Notes under the pieces: model-generated
Databases searched by the model: none
Told to the model about the DNA's origin: nothing
Seen by the model: only the letters and a program-made list of their open reading frames with translations
Made by a program: the position numbers and the translations under genes
In this document: positions 19,808-29,209 of the stretch, piece after piece
How the letters are laid out: the number at the start of each line of letters is the position of its first letter
Position numbering within the stretch: the first letter of the stretch is position 1
Origin: an uncultured Verrucomicrobiae bacterium
GTDB lineage: Bacteria; Verrucomicrobiota; Verrucomicrobiia; Chthoniobacterales; JAFAMB01
DNA length: 64,000 bases
Reading direction: 5' to 3'
Assembly (NCBI GenBank): GCA_963782115.1
Contig: CAWAIK010000001.1
Span: 672,001-736,000, forward strand

Positions 19808-20968
19808 ATGAACATTACCCTTGAGCCGCGCGTTGTGCAGTGGGCCCGCGAGCGAGCGGGATTGGATGAGTCGGCCTTGGCCAAAAAGTTGGGAATCAAG
19901 GCCGAACGGGTGATAGAATGGGAAACAACAGGTGAAATACCCTACAAGAAGGCGGAACTGCTTGCCCAGAAGACCCATACACCGTTCGGGCATCTTTTCC
20001 TAAAGCAGCCTCCTGCGGACACCTTGCCGATCCATGATTTCCGAACTGCTGGAGACGCTCCAGTGCGACGGCCCAGCCCGGATCTGTTAGAGACCGTTTA
20101 CCTTATGCAGCGGCGCCAAGCCTGGTTGCGAGAATTTCTATTGGAAGAGGGCGAGGCGCCGCTCGCCTTGATCGGAAGCGCTACCATCCAGGATAACGCT
20201 GCCACGGTAGCTCAAAAAATTCGGGCGACGCTGGGGGCCCCGGATGGGTGGGCATCCCATGAGCGAACATGGTCGGAAGCGCTGGTATATCTCCGCCAGA
20301 GGATCGAAGAGATCGGCGTCTTGATCGTTATAAATGGAATAGTTGGCAACAATACCCGCCGAAAACTTGACCCAACCGAGTTTCGAGGGTTCGCTCTGAG
20401 CGACAGTTATGCACCCATAATTTTCATAAATGGACCGGATTTCAAGGCCGCGCAGATGTTCACGCTCGCCCACGAACTGGCACATTTGTGGATTGGTGAG
20501 GACGGGGTCTCGAACTTCGACGAAACGCTTCTGCCGTCGCGTAATGAAGTCGAGCGTTGGTGTAACATTGTCGCAGCGGAATTCCTCGTACCCGCGAACG
20601 AGTTTCGCGCGGCATGGCCGCTTGCAGAACGAACTGACGAACCATACCAATTTCTCGCTCGAAAATTTAAGGTTAGTTCCGTTGTCGCAGCTCGCCGCGC
20701 GCTGGATCTCCGTTTGGCGCGTAGAGAGACCTTCTTAGCATTCTATCGAGCATACCAAGAGGACGAACGGAGAAAGCAGCGCGGCAAGAAGTCGAGCGGG
20801 AATTTTTGGGCAACACAGAATGTTCGCATCGGCCCACGCTTCGGGGCGGCGGTTGTTCGGTCGGCTCGCGAGGGGCGCCTGCTTTATCGGGAAGCCTACA
20901 GCCTGACCGGTTTGTATGGCGGCACTTTTGAACGGTTTGCCCAGAAACTGGGCTTCCATCCGAGATGA
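19808..20968 (+). CDS. XRE-HTH + ImmA/IrrE-family Zn metallopeptidase
   Basis: N-terminal HTH (WARERAGL..LAKKLG..WETTG); FRGFAL; FTLAHELAHLW (HExxH); ERWCNIVAAEFLVP. Confidence 0.92.
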   Translation: MNITLEPRVVQWARERAGLDESALAKKLGIKAERVIEWETTGEIPYKKAELLAQKTHTPFGHLFLKQPPADTLPIHDFRTAGDAPVRRPSPDLLETVYLMQRRQAWLREFLLEEGEAPLALIGSATIQDNAATVAQKIRATLGAPDGWASHERTWSEALVYLRQRIEEIGVLIVINGIVGNNTRRKLDPTEFRGFALSDSYAPIIFINGPDFKAAQMFTLAHELAHLWIGEDGVSNFDETLLPSRNEVERWCNIVAAEFLVPANEFRAAWPLAERTDEPYQFLARKFKVSSVVAARRALDLRLARRETFLAFYRAYQEDERRKQRGKKSSGNFWATQNVRIGPRFGAAVVRSAREGRLLYREAYSLTGLYGGTFERFAQKLGFHPR

Positions 20969-20974
20969 ACCCCG

Positions 20975-21478
20975 ATGCCGGTTTACTTGATTGATGCGAA
21001 CGTGTTAATTGAAGCGCACAAGCGCTTTTACGGGTTCCATATCTGCCCCGGATTTTGGGATTGTCTGCTGAAACACCACGGGGGCGGACGCATCCTCAGT
21101 ATAGATAAAGTGATGGAGGAGATTCTACCGGGAGACGAGCTGTTCCAATGGGTCCAAAGCTCGGCTCCGCATTCATTTTTTGTATTCACCCAAAGCCGGA
21201 CAATAGTGCAAAACTTTGCCAATATGGTTGGTTGGGTTCAGCAGGAAAGGCAGTTTACGCAAGCGGCGAAGGATGAATTTGCACGAGTGGCGGATGGCTG
21301 GTTGGCGGCCTACGCACTAAGTTGCAAAGACCATGTTGTCGTCACGCTGGAAGAGCACGCGCCCACGGTAAAGAAGAGGGTTCCTCTGCCCAATGTTTGC
21401 GAGCAATTTGGGATTCCCTACATGGATACATTCAGGATGTTGAAAGAGCTGGGTGCGCGTTTCCAGCTGGAGAACTGA
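20975..21478 (+). CDS. DUF4411 family PIN-like protein
   Basis: YLIDANVLIEA...PGFWD...ADGWLAAYA...VVTLE...KRVPLPNVCEQFGI; starts 6 nt after the peptidase. Confidence 0.88.
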   Translation: MPVYLIDANVLIEAHKRFYGFHICPGFWDCLLKHHGGGRILSIDKVMEEILPGDELFQWVQSSAPHSFFVFTQSRTIVQNFANMVGWVQQERQFTQAAKDEFARVADGWLAAYALSCKDHVVVTLEEHAPTVKKRVPLPNVCEQFGIPYMDTFRMLKELGARFQLEN

Positions 21479-21613
21479 TTAACCACGAACTGGTACTTCC
21501 GAAGCCAAGAGTGGCGAGGCGGCTGTAGGCCGTTGGTTGAAAATCCGGCGCGCTAACGTAAATAAGGTTTGACCCTGGAAGGAAAAATCTGGTTTCACTC
21601 GTTGCTTACTATT

Positions 21614-22669
21614 ATGGGATTCGAACAGCGCCTAGAAATACTGCAAAAAATCGAGGAGGTTCGGAAGTCCAAGGTTATCTGCTATCTCACCAGTCTCCGT
21701 CTAGGCGTTCCGGCGCAAATGGCGGATGATGCTGTTCGAGTCGTTTTTGATCACCTCCTGGGTTTGCCAAGCCGGCCGATAGAGCGTTTGGATGTTTTCT
21801 TGGTTAGCAACGGTGGCGTCAGCACAGTTCCGTGGAGATTCGTTGCTCTATTTAGAGAGTTCGCAAAGTCGCTTAACGTTCTGGTTCCCTACCGTGCGTA
21901 CAGTGCCGCAACATTATTAGCCTTGGGAGCCGATGAAATTGTGATGCATCCGTTTGCGGAATTGGGCCCTATTGATCCGACAGTTTCTAACGACTTTAAC
22001 CCCACTGACCAACAAGGACGCCGACTAGGGATTAGCGTTGAAGACGTGCGCGCTTACATCTCGTTCATCAAACAAACAGTCGGGATCACTCACGAAGATG
22101 AACTGATAAAAGCGATTGAGATTCTCGTAGAAAAGGCTCACCCGCTTGCGCTTGGAAATGTGGAGAGGTTTGTGAGCCAGTCTCGTATGGCGGCGCAGAA
22201 GATCTTGAAAACGCACATGAAATCAGAATCAGACGAACATTTGATTTCCGAAATTGTTGAAACTTTAACTTCAAAGCTATTTTTTCACGGTCATCCGATA
22301 AACCGTCAGGAAGCCAAGGAAGATCTAAGGTTAAAGGTGAACTTAGATGTGCCTCCGGAATTGGAGACCCTGATGTGGAATTTGTATTTGGACTATGAGA
22401 AAGAGTTTAAGAACTCGGAACCATATACACCAGCATCCGATCTTGCGGCATCTTATAAGGGCCTGACGCTTCCCGCAGCCGGTGCGTCATTCAGTCCAAT
22501 ATACGCGACTTTGGCAGTTGATCTAATCCACGCGATGGTGGAAAGTTTAAAAATGTCGGACGTACAAAGAACTTCTCGCAGGCTTACGTTATACGTTGCT
22601 CAGCCGGGTCAGCAGATAATGAACGAGGAGGTTCTAAAACAAGAGTGGACCAGACGGCTTGCTCCTTAG
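21614..22669 (+). CDS. ClpP-class serine protease (SDH_sah/DUF114-like)
   Basis: SNGG, VPYRAYSAATLLALGADEIVM, ELGPIDP, HGHPINRQEA. Confidence 0.85.
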   Translation: MGFEQRLEILQKIEEVRKSKVICYLTSLRLGVPAQMADDAVRVVFDHLLGLPSRPIERLDVFLVSNGGVSTVPWRFVALFREFAKSLNVLVPYRAYSAATLLALGADEIVMHPFAELGPIDPTVSNDFNPTDQQGRRLGISVEDVRAYISFIKQTVGITHEDELIKAIEILVEKAHPLALGNVERFVSQSRMAAQKILKTHMKSESDEHLISEIVETLTSKLFFHGHPINRQEAKEDLRLKVNLDVPPELETLMWNLYLDYEKEFKNSEPYTPASDLAASYKGLTLPAAGASFSPIYATLAVDLIHAMVESLKMSDVQRTSRRLTLYVAQPGQQIMNEEVLKQEWTRRLAP

Positions 22670-22952
22670 GTTCCGCTTTTGTGCAAGGACCCGTAGTAAT
22701 TTGTGTGGGGTGTACAGCTCTACGCACGTCCACAACAAACGAGAAAGGAGCGCTGAGTCCTACTTCGGGCTGGATCGAGCGGCGGGGCGGCAAGGAAGCC
22801 ATTGATAGTGCGATCATACGAGCGTTATCAGGCGGGGATTTCTGGTTCTTTTAAAAGCGGTCGCTGTCATGCGGCATATGTCAACATACTAAGGCGACGC
22901 CTGAATGTGGTCAATTCATTTGGTCGTTACAGGGGGTAACCCCAGCGCCAAT

Positions 22953-23483
22953 TCATGAGAGTCGTTTGAGGTTGGGATATTTGCTCAAGGCTAGGCAGAG
23001 TGCCGGACGGTGGTGGTCTTCGGACAAGGCGGATTGGAAATCGGTGGTGGTGACATGGTCTGGGCGTCGCTTGTACCCACTCCATTGCATGAAGAGGCTA
23101 TTGCTCAAGCGCAGGATCATTCCGAGAACCAACATAGCGTTGTCGTTGCGCACCCGGCAGCGGTCGTCGTTGTGGGAGATATCCAAGCGCTGATGCAAAC
23201 CGCTCTCGATGCCCCAGGCATCCCGGTTCAGACGCATCCAGTTTGTCGCATGGAGTCGTGAGGCCTCGACACTGGTGATCAGCGCCACCAGTTCGTCTTT
23301 GCGTCCTTCGGTCTGGCGCAACAGCAGAGCAGCCTGCTCGGCCAATGGGAAGCAGACCTGTTCACCGGTGACTGGCGCGGTGACAATACTGCGGCTTTCT
23401 TTGCGGCTTTTGTTGATTTCCTGCACGCGAGCCTTGGTGGGCGTCGGCTCATGAGGGGGGAAAATCGCCCTGAGGGGCGGCAA
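22953..23483 (-). CDS. ISAs1 transposase, C-terminal part (+1 frame)
   Basis: RDAWGIESGLHQRLDISHNDDRCRVR; overlaps the upstream ORF at TTTTCCCCCC. Confidence 0.85.
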   Translation of the reverse strand: MPPLRAIFPPHEPTPTKARVQEINKSRKESRSIVTAPVTGEQVCFPLAEQAALLLRQTEGRKDELVALITSVEASRLHATNWMRLNRDAWGIESGLHQRLDISHNDDRCRVRNDNAMLVLGMILRLSNSLFMQWSGYKRRPDHVTTTDFQSALSEDHHRPALCLALSKYPNLKRLS

Positions 23484-24783
23484 CGAGGGTTTCGATCTGT
23501 TCGCGCACGGTGGGTTGATTCCCTTTGACTGTTAGCAGATAATCGGCCCCGTGTTCCAAGACCAGCGCGCGCGCGGTTTCGTCCTGGGTGTGTAAGGCGT
23601 CCAACGAGACCAACCGGCCTTCGAGCTCCAGGCGATTAAATAACTCTCGCGCCACGGGAATCTCGTTGGTCTTTTGGTCGACCAGTGCACTGCCCAAGTA
23701 ATGCTGGCTCGGTACGGTGACCGCGCTCAAAATCGAGGCGCCGCTGCCGTGCCTGGGTTCCTTGCCATCCAGTACGATCAATTGATCTTTGGGCGCCGAG
23801 CCGCGCATTTGCTCCTGGATGGCTAAAATGACTTCCTCCACCCTACGGGCATCGACCCGCTGGAGCAGACGGCAAAAGGTCGGCTGTGTCGGAGCAGGAT
23901 ACTTGCCTTTTGGGTTACGCCGGATGCCAAGAGCCCGGCGTTGCGCTTGGCTCAAGCCCCGCGCAAACTTGGCGATATCCTTTTGCCCGCGCGGAGCACC
24001 GCAGAGAGTGGCTAAAAGAAGGATCGTTAACATCGACCACAGCGGATAGGACTCGAAGCGCCCGCGAAAGTCTGGCACGGCCTTGAAGTGTTCGACCATC
24101 GAGCGGATTTCCTTCACCGTACGCGTGCAGGGTGGCGACACCTTTTGTTCGACCACCGCCAACGCTGGCTTGAGATGTTCGGCCTGAAGACTGCGGCGGG
24201 CGTTTTTGAACAGTTGGCGGCAGAAGAGGCGTTTGGGCTGGTCGTGTTTAACGTAGTAATCGCGCCGATGACGGCCCCAGCCGTCGGTCTGGCCCAGTTC
24301 GCTCCAGCCGCTGGCCGAATAAACTGTACCGCAAAACTGGGCAACATCGACGAAGGTTTCGACCACCAACACCGGATGGCCGTAAGAGCTCTGCCAATCG
24401 GTGGGAAGGCGATCCAGGGTCAGGCGCAGCACCTTGCTCGCCAGGTTGGGCACGGAGCGCTCGGGCAGGATAAGGAAGCGGCTGTTGTTAGTCACCAGGC
24501 TCAGGCGACGGTGGCGTTGAGCAGCGCTCCATCCGATCCATTGGTCGCGATGCTTGAGGTGCTTGGCTGGAGCGCTGAAGACCAGCAAGGCCAGCCATTG
24601 ACCTTGGGCATCGGTGGCCACGTAGTGGAGGCGTTCGCCCACCGCTTTGAGGCTTCCCAGATAGTGATGCTCATCGAGCAATTGTTTGAAACGCTCCAGT
24701 TCGGCGCGCTCCACAAGCCGCACTTGGACTTGGTCTAATAAGGCTTGTTGGTCGCAGTTAGGCAGTCGCAGAGTTTTACTCAC
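23449..24783 (-). CDS. DUF4338 domain + ISAs1 transposase, N-terminal part
   Basis: HHYLG, RDQWIGW, NNSRFLILP, NLASKVL, ETFVD..FCGTVYSASGW; then LDGK, KTNEIP, SLDALHTQ, DYLLTVKGNQP. Confidence 0.88.
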   Translation of the reverse strand: MSKTLRLPNCDQQALLDQVQVRLVERAELERFKQLLDEHHYLGSLKAVGERLHYVATDAQGQWLALLVFSAPAKHLKHRDQWIGWSAAQRHRRLSLVTNNSRFLILPERSVPNLASKVLRLTLDRLPTDWQSSYGHPVLVVETFVDVAQFCGTVYSASGWSELGQTDGWGRHRRDYYVKHDQPKRLFCRQLFKNARRSLQAEHLKPALAVVEQKVSPPCTRTVKEIRSMVEHFKAVPDFRGRFESYPLWSMLTILLLATLCGAPRGQKDIAKFARGLSQAQRRALGIRRNPKGKYPAPTQPTFCRLLQRVDARRVEEVILAIQEQMRGSAPKDQLIVLDGKEPRHGSGASILSAVTVPSQHYLGSALVDQKTNEIPVARELFNRLELEGRLVSLDALHTQDETARALVLEHGADYLLTVKGNQPTVREQIETLVAAPQGDFPPS

Positions 24784-25725
24784 GCCCGCGAGGATAAAAA
24801 ATTGCTAAACAAATGTCCCGCAAAAAGATTCTTCTTCCTCTCACTAAACGACATACCCACCGCCAGGCATTGGCCCTGGGGTAACCCTAATGGGGTAGAC
24901 GCAAAAAAGGTATCGGAATCCCTCTATTGTTGAAGACCGCGAGGGACCGGGAAAGGCACAACTGTTCAACCCCGATTGGTCAGCGATCGTTTTTGTGGTT
25001 TCCCCGCTCGCAACGCGTGAAGGAGCACGAAGCAACCGAGAATATTGAGACGCGACTGATAGCGGATGTGGGCTTCCTTAGTCATATTTTGTAATACGGT
25101 CAAATGCGTTGCCGCTTTAGATCAGAGCATCCCCGAAACGAACCACTCAGGCTCGGGTTGGTGGACATAAGACTCGCTTTCTCCCTCCGTGACGAGATGT
25201 CGGCGGAGCGGCAACGACAAAGGAGGGCAGAGGGTTAAAAGCCCTTCGCGCCATTCAGTAGTCCACCCGCACGGAAGCCGCTAAATAGTTGTCTGGTTAG
25301 AATTCGAGAGGCGAGATGCGCTGAATGGCAAAATCTGCGACTGCTTCGGCGATCCCCCACATAAAACCATCGGCCCTCGGAATCGCCTGCGAACGCTCGG
25401 AATCAATTTTCGGCGTGCTTTCGGCGGACTTCAGAGAACTTCGCCTCCTCATCAAAAATTCCACGAATATTGTTGATTTTCAGCCTATCCATACATACAA
25501 CGGTTATCGACATATCTGGTAGGCAAGTGAGTGCTTGCCTTCCGCAAAAAAACACAGGAAATCCCGGCGTGCGTCAAGTGGTGAGCGGCGCACGTCGGCA
25601 ACCTTATCCGGCCCTGAAAGGAAGGACGAGGATCCTCAACTCCGCAGAACTGTTCGGTTTCTTGTGCGCGCGTTTGGCGACGTGTCCGATATCCCCTGGA
25701 CCCCTTGGGCACGGTTTCTGTAACG

Positions 25726-26070
25726 TCAAGATGGCATCTGGATTATCCAAAACTTTTTCCCGTTTTCACCCTCAAATGTCGGTTTTTCTGTAGCCTCGTC
25801 TAAAGGGCGCCCAATCCCTTGAAATTTAAATTTAAAGTCCGCGTTAAGGGCGATTTTCAAATGCTTGCAAATTTGCCGTTTTTCTTCCTCTGTGATGCTT
25901 TGCCTAATAGCATCGTCCACTTTTGGGTTTGGACCCACGAAATTGCGGTTTGGATATTGCTGTTTAAGGTCTAGGACTGTCGCTGTCGGTACACCGATGA
26001 CGAAACTGCCAAATACCCTATCGCCATGGAGGGTCTCGACCCGTAAATATCGTTTTTCGAGGGACATCAC
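25726..26070 (-). CDS. Hypothetical protein
   Basis: 114-aa ORF with protein-like composition near the right end of the element. Confidence 0.55.
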   Translation of the reverse strand: MMSLEKRYLRVETLHGDRVFGSFVIGVPTATVLDLKQQYPNRNFVGPNPKVDDAIRQSITEEEKRQICKHLKIALNADFKFKFQGIGRPLDEATEKPTFEGENGKKFWIIQMPS

Positions 26071-26298
26071 AGAAGGTTGGTACCTGGGAGCGGTGGTTGT
26101 CGAGCATGGATGGAATCATATGACCTTTGGAACGAATCAGGCCGGCGCTATACAGGCGCGTTTTCTATCGATCGGCGTGGCGCCAGCCACATCGGAAAGG
26201 TACGAGTGGCGAAGCGTAAGAAGGCGCTAGAGACGGCGAAAGTTGATGGAGCGTTTACTTTGCTGCCGTGATCTCGCCAGGCGATTGCGGAAGTCCAG

Positions 26299-26324
26299 GA
26301 AAAGTGTGCTAAAAGTGTGCTACT
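26299..26324 (+). repeat. Right arm-type integrase binding site
   Basis: Identical to 12963-12988; 29 nt inside attR. Confidence 0.8.
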
Positions 26325-26420
26325 CCGCTATTTCTCCTAGGAAAGCTACTGGCTTCTGGCCGCACGCAGTCTCTGGATAACGGTAGCGCGAAAAGCTCAC
26401 AGGGCTTGGCTGGTGAGACG

Positions 26421-26504
26421 CAGATATGGGCGCTTCGCTTGCGCCTTGAAAAACAGCCAACTGACCTCCGGCGACATCACCATTATATGCGAGACGGTGC
26501 ACTA
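26421..26504. repeat. Partial copy (right end) of the MITE at 62364-62642
   Basis: 84 bp nearly identical to 62558-62641; ends on the TAG stop of the POT transporter. Confidence 0.85.
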
Positions 26505-27932
26505 CTGTACCGTTACGGCTTCTTCGACGGGGTCTTCTCCCTGGAGATAGGTCTTGCCGCGATAGAATCGTGCAACAAAAACGAAGAGAATCGCCGTAAG
26601 GAACATCAGCAGACTGAAGAATCGAAAGTAGGCGGCGTGTTTGAGATCGATCCCGAGATTACTGAGGCTTGGGATCAGAAAGTTCAGGATGGCCGTAAAT
26701 TGGTTCCCTAAGGCGACCGTGAAAAGCCAGGTCGCCATGACGATGCTTTTCATCTTTTTAGGGGCCTGGGTGTACGAAAATTCCAAGCCGGTGATTGAAA
26801 CCATCACTTCACTCGCAGTCAACAAGACGTATGCCAGAAGCTGCCAGGCCACGCTCGGTCTCGCTCCCCCGTCGATGCGGGTCTGAATCCACCAAATCAC
26901 CACGAAAGACGCGGCAATCAGGAAAAGCCCGATGCCTATCTTTCGCAACGGAGTCAGGGGAAAAACACGCTCAACGGCTGGATAAATGAAATAGTTAAAA
27001 AGTGGCACCAGTGCCAGAATCAGGAGCGGATTTGCCACCTGGACCTGTTCTGGCAAAAGCTTGAGTCCTAGAAAATGAAGATTCAGGTCCCGGGCTTGCA
27101 AGGTCCATTCCCCACCGGAACTTTGGTCCCAAAGCGACCAGAAAACTGCGACGAAAAGGTAGACTATGAATAAACGCCCGATAGCACCGAGTCCTTCGCC
27201 GCTGAAAAATTCGCGAAGGAAACCGAGGCCGCCCCTCGGAATGTGAACGAATTTCTTTCTTCCCATCCAGAAGACAATCGTCGCAGTCAGCATCAGCAAG
27301 CCGGGCAATCCAAAGGCATAACGCGGTCCGAGATTCTTATCGTTCAGGAGGATAGGGCAGAGGTAAGTGGAAACCGAGGATCCCAAGTTAATTGAGAGAT
27401 AAAACCAGCCGAAGACTCGGGAAAGCAGATGATGGTTGCCGGCCCCGAATTGATCTCCGACATGCGCAGACACGCACGGCTTGATTCCGCCTGAGCCGAT
27501 TGCGATGAGGAGCAGGCCGATGAAAAGCCCCAATCGCGTATCGTTTATCGCCAATGCCAGGTGGCCAAGGCAATAAACAACGGATAGCGAGATGATCGTA
27601 CGGTATTTGCCTAGCAACCCATCCGAGATGATCGCCCCCAGAATCGGGAGAAAATAAACTCCGAAAACAAATTCATGAAACCATCCAGCCGCCTCGTTAT
27701 CGTTCATTGCAGCAGGCTGGCCGCTGGCGCTCATGAGATAAGTCGTCATGAAGACGACCAGAATGGAACGCATCCCGTAAAAGCTGAATCTTTCTGCCGC
27801 TTCGTTCCCGATGATGTACGGCACGCCGGGCGGCATTCCTGAAAAATTCCTGTCCGGTGATGGGCGATAGGTTGAACCTCTTGCGCTGCCATCGTCCGCT
27901 GAAATCTTCCGAGAAGGACGCGATTCTGACAT
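26502..27932 (-). CDS. POT/PTR family proton-dependent oligopeptide transporter
   Basis: EAAERFSFYGMR, GSGGIKPCVSAHVGDQF, FYLSINLGS, GLEFSYTQAP. Confidence 0.93.
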   Translation of the reverse strand: MSESRPSRKISADDGSARGSTYRPSPDRNFSGMPPGVPYIIGNEAAERFSFYGMRSILVVFMTTYLMSASGQPAAMNDNEAAGWFHEFVFGVYFLPILGAIISDGLLGKYRTIISLSVVYCLGHLALAINDTRLGLFIGLLLIAIGSGGIKPCVSAHVGDQFGAGNHHLLSRVFGWFYLSINLGSSVSTYLCPILLNDKNLGPRYAFGLPGLLMLTATIVFWMGRKKFVHIPRGGLGFLREFFSGEGLGAIGRLFIVYLFVAVFWSLWDQSSGGEWTLQARDLNLHFLGLKLLPEQVQVANPLLILALVPLFNYFIYPAVERVFPLTPLRKIGIGLFLIAASFVVIWWIQTRIDGGARPSVAWQLLAYVLLTASEVMVSITGLEFSYTQAPKKMKSIVMATWLFTVALGNQFTAILNFLIPSLSNLGIDLKHAAYFRFFSLLMFLTAILFVFVARFYRGKTYLQGEDPVEEAVTVQ

Positions 27933-28024
27933 GAGCTCAGGATCGTGGCCCGCAGACCGGAAATTTGCAATCCGCCACACTAGTTCGAAAATCTCACAAC
28001 CCCAAGCGCTCGTGAGATTTCGCA

Positions 28025-28216
28025 CTAGCCAACTTCGCGTCTGTGGCCTTGCTCGTCGTACTCATAAGTTTTGCCGTTTTCTTCATCCCTGGTTCGCTTG
28101 TGCGATCCATCGCAAAACGGTTGATTCTTGGATAGACCGCACATGCAGATCCAAACGGATTTTTCCTGCGGCTTAATCTCAAGAGGTCCCTGGTCGGATT
28201 TGAGGACTTTGCGCAT
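28025..28216 (-). CDS. CDGSH iron-sulfur domain protein
   Basis: ICMCGLSKNQPFCDGSH. Confidence 0.93.
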   Translation of the reverse strand: MRKVLKSDQGPLEIKPQEKSVWICMCGLSKNQPFCDGSHKRTRDEENGKTYEYDEQGHRREVG

Positions 28217-28295
28217 TGGAGATGCTTAAATCCAATTTGAGCAACAAGTCGAGTCACAATTGCTCCGGTGCCCCTCAGCCCGTTTCGAGAGCTAA

Positions 28296-29066
28296 TCAAG
28301 GTTGGACCTTGCCCATCAGCGCCAGCATTTCGGCCAGACAGATGCCGGCCACGATCGAGGCTCGCTCGAGGGCGTCCTCTGCTTCGGCGACTTGACCGCT
28401 CTGGAGCCCGGCGATGCCGATATTCAAGTGGCGCACCAGCGCATGAAACCACTGCAGGATCAGGTTAAAACGTTCGTTCAGCTCAGGTCTTTCGCGCCGT
28501 CCTTCTCGCTCATCGAGTTCGGCCAGATAAGCACCGTTCAACGAGACCAGACCGCATCGGCAAAACACCAGCAGAAAATCCTGGGCCTCGATTGTGGGCA
28601 GCAACTTGGCGGTGGATAATCCAAGGATGATCCTTAAAATCGGTCTGCTGTAATAAGCGAAATGGATTTCAACCGCAGCTCGGCATCCTTGGTCTTCAAG
28701 GGTCTTACGTTCCGCCAGGTCGAACTGCAGTGACTTCAGCGAGTGATGCAAAACCAGTTTCAAGTCGTCGTGTGATTCAGCAGACGCTTCTCGCTGAACG
28801 ATCTCTGCCGGGGGAGAGGCTTCTCGCTCTTGTCGGACCTGACCGCCCTCTAGAGTCAATCGAATTCGATGACTAGTCTGACGGGCAGGTTTCCATAGGT
28901 AACCGAGCAGATGCTCAATCGGAAGAAGCTTTGCCAGCGTCAGAATGAATGCTTCTGCGCAGGTCTCGACAGTAAACCGCGGCATCGCACGCCTCAGAAA
29001 AAAGTTCATCGCTCGCGGCAATTGGCGAATTTCAGGTTTCAGGTCGTTTAGCGGGTCATCGCTCAT
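28296..29066 (-). CDS. Hypothetical protein
   Basis: Long ORF; ATG at 29066 preferred; no recognised motif. Confidence 0.55.
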   Translation of the reverse strand: MSDDPLNDLKPEIRQLPRAMNFFLRRAMPRFTVETCAEAFILTLAKLLPIEHLLGYLWKPARQTSHRIRLTLEGGQVRQEREASPPAEIVQREASAESHDDLKLVLHHSLKSLQFDLAERKTLEDQGCRAAVEIHFAYYSRPILRIILGLSTAKLLPTIEAQDFLLVFCRCGLVSLNGAYLAELDEREGRRERPELNERFNLILQWFHALVRHLNIGIAGLQSGQVAEAEDALERASIVAGICLAEMLALMGKVQP

Positions 29067-29209
29067 CGGCTGATTCGCATATGTTAGAAGGATTCGAGCA
29101 AAATTGCCAGCGGAGGGAGTGTCCGCGAAAGACTGTCTGGTGAATGATTTTCGGCAAAGCGACAAGGAAGAAGAGTGGCGGATCCAAAAGCTGAATGAGA
29201 TCCTGGGTT

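Larger units (their letters stand above)
22943..24878 (-). mobile_element. ISAs1-family IS encoding a DUF4338(DruA-like)-transposase fusion
   Basis: IRs CAGCGCCAATTC / CAGGGCCAATGC; flanking direct repeat GGGTAACCC at 22934-22942 and 24879-24887. Confidence 0.9.
12844..26367. mobile_element. Integrated, decaying phage-satellite/prophage-like element (~13.5 kb)
   Basis: Direct repeat TTCTGGCCGCACGC at 12844-12857 and 26354-26367; identical 26-bp repeat just inside both ends; int, primase, terS-like genes inside. Confidence 0.88.

Noticed and set aside
12963..26324. 26-bp repeat as the attL/attR crossover core
   Set aside because: A separate 14-bp repeat outside it restores the host gene; the tandem 11-mer structure fits arm-type sites better.
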